DNA of 63,682 nucleotides, the filler included, from Lenisia limosa (Eukaryota; Protista; Breviatea): the NCBI GenBank assembly GCA_001655205.1. It is 12 parts of 12 records of this genome, joined end to end, with 100 filler letters (N's around TTAATTAATTAA, not from the genome) between each part and the next. Parts side by side here need not be neighbours in the genome. Positions count along the whole stretch, not along the records: positions 51,149 to 55,554 come from LPNZ01009318.1; positions 55,655 to 63,682 come from LPNZ01009450.1; 10 more parts are not named here. One strand, written 5' to 3'. The notes beneath the pieces were generated by a model. That model was not told where the DNA came from and made no database searches. It saw only the letters and a list, made by a program, of their open reading frames with translations. The position numbers and the translations under genes are program-made. The stretch's first letter is position 1. Each line of letters opens with the position of its first letter. Below are positions 55,471 through 63,682 of this stretch, piece by piece.

Positions 55471-57099
55471 GTCTCACGTAGGTTCAAAAGTTACGATGAT
55501 ATAGAGCCTTATTTTTTTTGGTCTGAACATACTATGATACATGTATATACTACANNNNNNNNNNNNNNNNNNNNNNNNNNNNNNNNNNNNNNNNNNNNTT
55601 AATTAATTAANNNNNNNNNNNNNNNNNNNNNNNNNNNNNNNNNNNNNNNNNNNNAAAGTCAAGCGTCATCCCGACCCACTCTCATCACTCGAAGGCGACG
55701 GACGGTTCACTGGGGGGCTCTGTTCAGCTAGGCGTTTCGGGTCCAAAGTGCAGGCCGGTGCATTTCGCGGCTTTGGTGGTCAGTCGGCGGAGAGAAAAAT
55801 TGGAAAATTAATGAAAAAAAAAAAAGAAGCCCAAAATCCACTCTGTTGGATGACAGTTGGGTGACAATACACCCATATCACATGAAAAGTAATAAATCCC
55901 GACAGTTGTCAGTTCAAAAAAAAACTGAATTTCTCGATAAATCCTCGAAAACTATCGATAGTTTACCGGTCTTTTTTGAACCGAAGTGAAGNNNNNNNNN
56001 NNNNNNNNNNNNNNNNNNNNNNNNNNNNNNNNNNNNNNNNNNNNNNNNNNNNNNNNNNNNNNNNNNNNNNNNNNNNNNNNNNNNNNNNNNNNNNNNNNNN
56101 NNNNNNNNNNTCTCTTCTACATCCAAACGAGCAATCTCAGCCTCCGTCCAAGTTATCTAGGTTGTTAAGGGGGGAAATGAAGAGACTAAGTGTATGAAAG
56201 GACACAATTTACCCCAATAAACCCACGTAAATTGATACCGCCCCACATCCACATTATGGGTGGCTCTTTTTTTTAAAAAAACGTCTGTATTTGCAAAAAT
56301 TAACCTTTTATTGAATTTTGTTCCCAAAAATAATACTAATTATCCCTTTTATTTTTCATAACAGGCGCTGCCACCCCCTTTTTCCAATCACATCCCCACC
56401 TGTTTTTCCTTTTTATCCCCCTTGGACTGCCGGATATATATACAGGACCATATATCTGAAATTTATCATAAACAACTGTTACTTAAATCGTAACATTTAA
56501 CCATAAACCATATGACATTCATACATGGTTATCAGGGAATTTATCCCTATTTGGGTCAATTTACCTGGCTGAGCTGGGACACAAGGTCCCTCCCGCAGGG
56601 TTTCTTTCTAGGTTTGGAGAAACAGCCCTCTGTGAGAACGCCCAGTGATGTCTAAGGTGAGAGGATGTGGTACCCTTCACTTTTACAACTCTTAGCTTGC
56701 AACTACCCTCATAATATATCTAAGTGTGCTAATATTTGGGTGGGTGGGATGGCGAATAATGTCTCACTGGGAAGGAGATATCCAGTGAGAGGAGTTTTCA
56801 AATGTGTCTTTAGGTGCAAAAAAGATCCAGGAAACCGAGGGTATGATGTTCATTTCCTCTAATTTCCCAGGTGCATGGAATATGGGTTTCGAATTTGTCT
56901 GAGCTTGATTGAGGGTGTTGTCTCATCTAAGTCCACATCATGAACCCTCTTCCCTTATCCTTACCCGCATCCGTATCCGAAAATTTCCATGCCATATTTG
57001 GTCCTGTATCTTAGTATCCGCAGTCCGGGATAAAAACATTTTAAGCCCCCTTCAGGGCATAACTATTTTTTTTAAGATGCGCCAATTAGTCACATACCT

Positions 57100-60000
57100 G
57101 TTTGATCATAGTAATGGCGTTGACAGCATCATGGTCTGTGGGGTTACTCGCAACTTCCCTCCGTACAGCCANNNNNNNNNNNNNNNNNNNNNNNNNNNNN
57201 NNNNNNNNNNNNNNNNNNNNNNNNNNNNNNNNNNNNNNNNNNNNNNNNNNNNNNNNNNNNNNNNNNNNNNNNNNNNNNNNNNNNNNNNNNNNNNNNNNNN
57301 NNNNNNNNNNNNNNNNNNNNNNNNNNNNNNNNNNNNNNNNNNNNNNNNNNNNNNNNNNNNNNNNNNNNNNNNNNNNNNNNNNNNNNNNNNNNNNNNNNNN
57401 NNNNNNNNNNNNNNNNNNNNNNNNNNNNNNNNNNNCACACCCACCTCAGCCAAGGGGTCAGCCTTGGCAGGCCGTACACACATGTGTGATACATGTTAAT
57501 TAGGGCCAAGTGAGCGGGGGAAGGGGACAGGGGATGAACCAATGTCATTAATGGGGATGACGGGCTATTTCGTGCCTGGTGGTGAAAAGAGACAATTTAT
57601 ACATATATGTAGCTATATGTAAAAATAGACACTTTATCTGTAAAAATGGGCAATTTAAAGCTAATACCTGCCGAGAAGTAAAAATAGATAATTTAAAGCA
57701 AAAAATGGACAATTGATAAACAAAGCCCATCATCAACTGTTGGCGAAACGTTCGCGAAACAGCGAGGGATGGAAACAATCACCGGGTACCTGGGGGAGGA
57801 ACTTGTTCGGAGAGGAGAACGAGGGTTCAGCAGTGGCGGCGGCAGGAGCGTGTGTGAACGTGGCCTTATTGAGGAGCGGGCGGGAGCTGGCGGAGAAAAT
57901 TAGGGAACAAAAAAAAAAGCCCAAAGTCAACTGTTGGCTTGTAACTAGGGCTTCCCTACGCTTCCAAAAAAGACTGAATTTCTCGATAAATCCTCGATAA
58001 ATATCGACATGGTCTTTTTCAACCGAAGGGAAGCCATACTTGTAACACAAAGGAGCTGGGGATTATGGTGGGACTTTGGAAGATTGGAGAATGCAAAATA
58101 GAAACAAAAACAAAACGTTATTATGCATAGGGTATGCGACAAGAAAGAAGAAGAAAAATTGGAAGAAGAGGAATAAAAATAAAAAGAAAAGAAAAGCAGA
58201 CACGACAAGACACCCCACTTTGCAGTTGAGTCATCAGGTACGTCAGCTTCGGTCCAAGCCAGCATCAGTCTGAGCGGCTTCGATGTAAGCAAAACGGACG
58301 GAACCGAGAGCAGCGTTGTGGAGGCTGAGAGGGGGGGTAATGCAGTCATTATAGATCATATAGCAATGCGAAAAAAAAGAAGGTTGTATCTGACCGAAGC
58401 CACACCATCACGCTTATAAGAGATATTGAATTATAATATAATATTAATTCACCCAAACATTCGCAACTCTTAATACATATTCACTTCGGTTCGAAAAAAG
58501 ACTGATTTTCTCGACAAATCCTCGATCTATTTCGATAGTGTAGCGATTGTTTTCGTGCCGGAGTGAAGCCGTGTAACACCACCTTCCCTTTATACCCTCC
58601 ACATTATATACCAGTGATGGGAGTAAAATTGGAAAATAAATGTTTGAACGAAGAAAAAAAAATCCAAAATCAAATGTGTTGGAGAAAGTGGAGAAGACAT
58701 TGATAAGAGCGTGATAATTAGCAATAAATGGAAGACAATTCCAAACAACGTGACAAGCAGAGCAAGAAATAAAGAAAACTCCAACGTGACAAGCTGAGCA
58801 AGAAATAAAGAAAACTCCAACGTGACAAGCAGAGCAAGAAATAAAGAAAACTCCAAACAACTCAATCGTCTAAAAACAGAAATAACCCACTCACACTTCT
58901 CTTGATCCTTTCTACCCCCCTACTATCCTTGCTAGGTGCTTGGCGTTTGCGACGACATTGCACGGTCTCCTCAATTGTCGAGGGTAATACGGGGACCATT
59001 ATCGCCATGACTGCGTCGGTGATGGACTGAAGGGTCTCGTGTCTGACGGGGGGGGGGGGNNNNNNNNNNNNNNNNNNNNNNNNNNNNNNNNNNNNNNNNN
59101 NNNNNNNNNNNNNNNNNNNNNNNNNNNNNNNNNNNNNNNNNNNNNNNTTTTATTTTCTGAAGCCGTCCATAGCATCACCTTCTCAGAGATATTGGATGAC
59201 TATTATATAATACATGTACCATAAAAATGAAGGAGGTTCTCCAAGCAGCCACAAACAATATTCATCAATACACTTTAGTTTGAAAAATACAGGTAAAATG
59301 TCGATAATTTTCGGGGATATATCGAGAATTCTGTCTATTTTCGAATTGAAGCCCTATCAATACCTCTATCAATACCCCCCTTCTGCATCCCTTCTAAGAG
59401 ATACATAGTATAATACTAATTCACCATAAAAATGAGGGAGGGCCTCCAAGAAGCCACAAATACTATTCATCCGCTCAAACACTATCCCGCCAACCTGAGC
59501 TCCGGGTCGCACGTGAGGAATGCCACGCGCATTACACAAACAAGTCCGCGCTCCATACTGATAAAGAGTTAGTACATGTTCATATTAGTTACATGTATTG
59601 CTAATGGGTTATTACATGCTCATATTAGTTTGTGAGAGAGTGGTGCCCAATTTAGTAGCTTGTCCATACTCAATGAGCATCTAGTGTGAGGGGAAAGGTG
59701 CGCCTCGTGACGATTATGGTAATTTGTTTATGGTATCCCGTTGCATTCTTATGTTTCCCTGGATGTTCTTAAGATTGTCTTGTTCAAAAAAGGGGTTAGT
59801 GGCGTGTCATAGCCCTCCCCACCTGCAACGAATAATGGCAACAGCAGGACATCTGTCATTGCGGCCCCCATGAAGTACCTTTACAATGTCAGAGGGGAAA
59901 GGTGATATTATTCAAAATGTATCAGAATCCAATGACAAAAAACAAAAAATCGAGGTTACATTAAAGTATCCCAATGAAAAAATATCCATAATTGTGATAC

Positions 60001-63000
60001 TACGAACCTGAAACTACGTTCACGTATTAAAACCTTCATATTTACTGACCAAAATGATAAAACTAATAAGTGTGTGTATGCCCCTACTTGTGATAATACC
60101 ATTATTATTTCTGTAATACAGTCAAGATAGCACCACACTTCGAACTGCGCAGTACACCCCCACCTTGAGAAATGCTGAGCTGGAGAGTTGGTAGCCTCCC
60201 CATTTGCGGCACCATCCCAGGATCGCTTCCAACGCGCCAACTGCCTAATTGAGAGTAAAACTTACTCAATAACTTACATAATTGGGTATGAGTAAACAAA
60301 TCACATCACCCCCCCCCCTCTCAGGAAACAAAATATAATAAGCATATAAGCAAACCCCCCCACAGTGAACGACAATATNNNNNNNNNNNNNNNNNNNNNN
60401 NNNNNNNNNNNNNNNNNNNNNNNNNNNNNNNNNNNNNNNNNNNNNNNNNNNNNNNNNNNNNNNNNNNNNNNNNNNNNNNNNNNNNNNNNNNNNNNNNNNN
60501 NNNNNNNNNNNNNNNNNNNNNNNNNNNNNNNNNNAGCTCTGTTGGCTGACAACACACGAGGGTTGAGAACAACAAATCAAACAAAGTCCAGGCCAGTCGC
60601 TTCTGCGGTGCGGAGGGGGGGGATAAAAGACTGTTCTTGATTTGAAAACAAAAGAGAACCCTGAGATAGCACAAAAGAGAGAACAAAACCCTGAGATAGC
60701 ACAAAAGAGAGAAACAAAACCCTGATAACACAAACTGACACAGTATCAAACAGTGCCCACCTGGACAGAGGGTGATAAGTCAGGCACTCCATCCAGGGTT
60801 CTCAGGGGGCCCTCGAACGGCACCGGCGGTGCTGANNNNNNNNNNNNNNNNNNNNNNNNNNNNNNNNNNNNNNNNNNNNNNNNNNNNNNNNNNNNNNNNN
60901 NNNNNNNNNNNNNNNNNNNNNNNNNNNNNNNNNNNNNNNNNNNNNNNNNNNNNNNNNNNNNNNTCTTGAAACTATGATCGTAGATCCGGCAGTTGAAACT
61001 GTTCACAAAAAACAACCATAGAAAACGACCGAAATTACCTCATAATACTGCCCCCACCTCATCGACTTGATCTGGGAAGGGTGAGTCGCAGCGTAGAAGG
61101 AACTCCTTTCGCGAAACCTGGAAACAGGTTAGGCTCTGAAAACAGGTTATATACCCAAAAGGCTCTGTCGAAGTACAAACAGAACCGAAACAGCGTCTCT
61201 TGCATGATTTATGTAATACATCAGCGTAAAAGCAAAAAATGTTCAGAAGTCTCGACTACGCTGACCACAAATTGTAAAATTTGATCCAAATCTCACCCTA
61301 ATGTTCCATTATACCCCCCCCCCCNNNNNNNNNNNNNNNNNNNNNNNNNNNNNNNNNNNNNNNNNNNNNNNNNNNNNNNNNNNNNNNNNNNNNNNNNNNN
61401 NNNNNNNNNNNNNNNNNNNNNNNNNNNNNNNNNNNNNNNNNNNNNNNNNNNNNNNNNNNNNNNNNNNNNNNNNNNNNNNNNNNNNNNNNNNNNNNNNNNN
61501 NNNNNNNNNNNNNNNNNNNNNNNNNNNNNNNNNNNNNNNNNNNNNNNNNNNNNNNNNNNNNNNNNNNNNNNNNNNNNNNNNNNTTTGCCACTGCCAAGGC
61601 TATTTCCTGGGCGGTAAAGAAGGGCTTTGTTGCAGGATTGAGAACGTCTTTATTGAAAGAGGATGTATTTCTCATATCCGATAAGATATAGTGTGACCAG
61701 GATAAGTCTTGACTGATTATCTTTGGGAAATCATATCAAATCGGTCAAGACTTATCCCGGTCCGTATTTATCATACTATGTGATGTTTTGATTTGCTTTA
61801 TTGTATATAGAGTCAAAGCTCCGGACATCATTCAAAATCTCCGGACACATCAAAACTCCCGGACAGCTTGAATTTTCCCTATATAAAAGTACTATAAACT
61901 TCATTTTAATGGTATTTTCGAAAGTAATTTCAGTCATTATCACGATTGAATGCGGTTTTTACATATTCTTGGCACTTGGCTACCCGTTTGCGGCCCTTAA
62001 ACTGCCAAAAATAACCAAAACCGTTATAATCGGCCACATTCAAGGAATAAATGGCAATTATCCGAAAGCAAAAACAAAGTTGGGGAACATTAAGAGGTCA
62101 TTTTCTCTCTATATCTGTCGAACCAGTTTTGTATTAAACACTACCGTTGACCCATACAAGGGGTCAACTTCAAGCTGTCCTGGGAGTTTTGATGTGTCCG
62201 GTGAATTTTGAATGCTGTCCGAGGACCCACATATATGATATATTATACTGTACATTATTATACCATTATATGAAATGCATTAATAATTTGCGTTAGTCTA
62301 TGTAGTATATGAAATGCATAAAAGGCGCCATCATCAGGTATTCCCGATGGTCAAAAGACCCCCTCTGCCATGCCGCATCATTACATGTATTACAAAAAGC
62401 ACACAGAGCTTTCTGCGGTCTCTAGGCAAAAAACTTGCCATATTCGGTGTTACCAACCTTTTGAGCGGTTTCAGTACGATGAGCTGCCTGTAGGGATGAG
62501 GTGGGAAGGAAAGCATTGGAGGAGATAACAGAAAAATGGCAGCGTTCCATTAGGGATTCATTTCCGTTCAAAAAAAGACGGAATTTCTCGATAAATCCTT
62601 GAAAACTATCGATATTTTATCGGTCTTTTTCGGACTGAAGTGAAACCTTGTTTCCAATGTATTAGAATTAGAAACGATCCATCTCAAAGCTGCCGATGAT
62701 AAGAAAGCAACATCCCTCCCTCTCCCCACAGAAACAGAAAGAGCGGTCCAGAGGTCTCCAAACTTCTTATCTATTTCCTATAAGAAGTTAGCTAAAAAAC
62801 AAAAAGAGTATTATCGGAATATTGTCAAAGGGAAAGGGAATCAATCAATGATTTGAAAAAACTACTCCCTTCCACCAAACTACTTCCCCTCAAAACTCAA
62901 CCTACCCCCCTCACCACCAGGCTTTGCACTGTTTCCATGAATCGTCTCGGCATACTTCCTTTGATCATGGGAATGTTACCCTTCGGCAAGTTGTCTGGGA

Positions 63001-63540
63001 GGAGTAAAAATGGAAAATTGAAAAGCAAAAAAAAAAAAACAAGAAACCCAGAATCAACACACGAGGGTTGAAAACGCGTAGGAAAAATCAGCTTTTCCCA
63101 TCTAATATACTCCCTTCGATATGTATTGGGATCAGAGTTCCCGAGATTAATAATCGTTTTATCTTCATTTCTATTCGAAAATCGGTCACAGCCTCGACAA
63201 ACATCCTTCAAAAAGCAAAAATTAACTTTGAAATAAATCCTCAACACCTCAATAAGTCATTGATAAGACCCTCAATAAACACTCAAATAGCATATTTCTC
63301 TGTAAAGGATTAGGGCTTCACTTCGGTTCGAAAAAAAGACTGAATTTCTCGATAAATTCTCGAAAACTATAGATATTTTACCGGTCTTTTTCGAACCGAA
63401 TACACATCATTCAACCGGCGTACTAGGATTGGCGTTCATGTAGATGTGCAGCTGGTTGAGTACATGGACGGGGCCGTGGGCGAAGATTGCAACGTACACG
63501 CGATTTGCAGTGGAATCACTTGGTACTGGATGGAATAATA
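57100..63540 (-). CDS. Scattered minus-strand exons of one or more unidentified long-intron genes
   Basis: GC-richer GT-AG-bounded islands near 63.4-63.5 kb (VPSDSTANRVYVAIFAHGPVHVLNQLHIYMNANPSTP), 62.9 kb (DNLPKGNIPMIKGSMPRRFMETVQSL), 60.2 kb (AVGALEAILGWCRKWGGYQLSSSAFLK) and 58.3 kb (KPLRLMLAWTEADVPDDSTAK, weakly like the subtilase PLxxxLxWTD motif). Product not established. Confidence 0.35.
57948..58035. mobile_element. MITE, family B left end with hybrid A/B right end
   Basis: ta|gggcttccctacgcttccaaaaaagactgaatttctcg ... gtctttttcaaccgaagggaagcc. Confidence 0.75.
58746..58853 (+). repeat. Minisatellite, 3 x 36 nt
   Basis: caacgtgacaagc(a/t)gagcaagaaataaagaaaactc repeated three times, flanked by ccaaacaa on both sides. 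Confidence 0.9.
60657..60734 (+). repeat. Minisatellite, about 2.5 x 30 nt
   Basis: aaccctgagatagcacaaaagagagaacaa repeated. Confidence 0.85.
61691..61764. mobile_element. Short palindromic element, family H (Tc1-like CAGTG/CACTG ends)
   Basis: gaccaggataagtcttgactgatt ... aatcggtcaagacttatcccggtc (24-nt arms, 2 mismatches). Relatives at about 25122, 25432-25465, 26320 and 41489-41545 end in TA|CAGTG or TA|CACTG. Confidence 0.68.
61818..62224. mobile_element. Non-autonomous TIR element, family I (about 410 bp, ~55-bp TIRs)
   Basis: Left ctccggacatcattcaaaatctccggacacatcaaaactcccggacagcttgaa; the reverse complement of the right end is cctcggacagcattcaaaattcaccggacacatcaaaactcccaggacagcttgaa. 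No transposase frame was seen inside. Confidence 0.75.
62553..62647. mobile_element. MITE, family A/B hybrid
   Basis: ta|gggattcatttccgttcaaaaaaagacgg ... gtctttttcggactgaagtgaaacc. Confidence 0.75.
63313..63400. mobile_element. MITE, family A (right TIR clipped)
   Basis: ta|gggcttcacttcggttcgaaaaaaagactgaatttctcgataaattctcgaaaactatagatattttaccggtctttttcgaaccgaa. Confidence 0.82.
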
Positions 63541-63682
63541 ATGGAAAATTTCTGAGGGAAATAAAACACCAATAAGAGAAAAGACACGAAAACGAGAACA
63601 TTTGGTTAATGCCAGACTTAAAAACGTCTCAGAACTTCAGGTGAATATCCATAGCTTTTTTGTTTCATTAATTATCCAATCT

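Noticed and set aside
58746-58860. 36-nt x3 repeat as a mini-CRISPR, or as a Cys-repeat ORF (GVFFISCSACHV x3, ORF 58444-58860)
   Set aside because: The units are contiguous with no spacers, there are no cas genes and the host is eukaryotic. The ORF is a by-product of a 36-nt period and has AT-rich non-coding flanks.

Overview
Eukaryotic nuclear DNA from an intron-rich organism, probably a flagellated, actin-rich protist (inference from CCDC112, a katanin-type AAA ATPase, myosin, FERM and Costars genes; no species is assigned). The window has two parts. (1) About 1-18,700 is very compact. It holds nine hand-spliced genes in near-alternating orientation: CaMK 3' end, HSF, SF3B4, a C2-domain AGC kinase, eIF2-alpha, Costars/ABRACL, RanBP1, an intron-rich AnmK and a FERM protein. 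Most introns are 30-60 nt and intergenic gaps are about 100-550 nt. (2) About 18,790-63,682 is a chain of short contigs joined by 11 artificial N-TTAATTAATTAA-N linkers, so adjacency across linkers means nothing. These contigs carry partial genes with long introns (katanin-like AAA, myosin head, CCDC112, VPS26, NCAPH2, an EGF/Cys-repeat surface protein). They also carry transposase relics (pogo/DDE_1-like with introns, Zator-like) and at least seven short dispersed repeat families, including more than 20 copies of a ~95-bp TA-flanked MITE. The most interesting signals concern splicing: G-runs after donors paired with C-runs before acceptors, a dispersed repeat whose 3' end repeatedly coincides with 3' splice sites, and tandem duplications of splice junctions in which only one copy keeps GT. 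An intron-bearing duplicated pogo-like DDE domain and a bacterial-type peptidoglycan-recycling kinase with ~13 introns also stand out. All gene models are manual GT-AG reconstructions and all family assignments are from remembered motifs; no searches were run.
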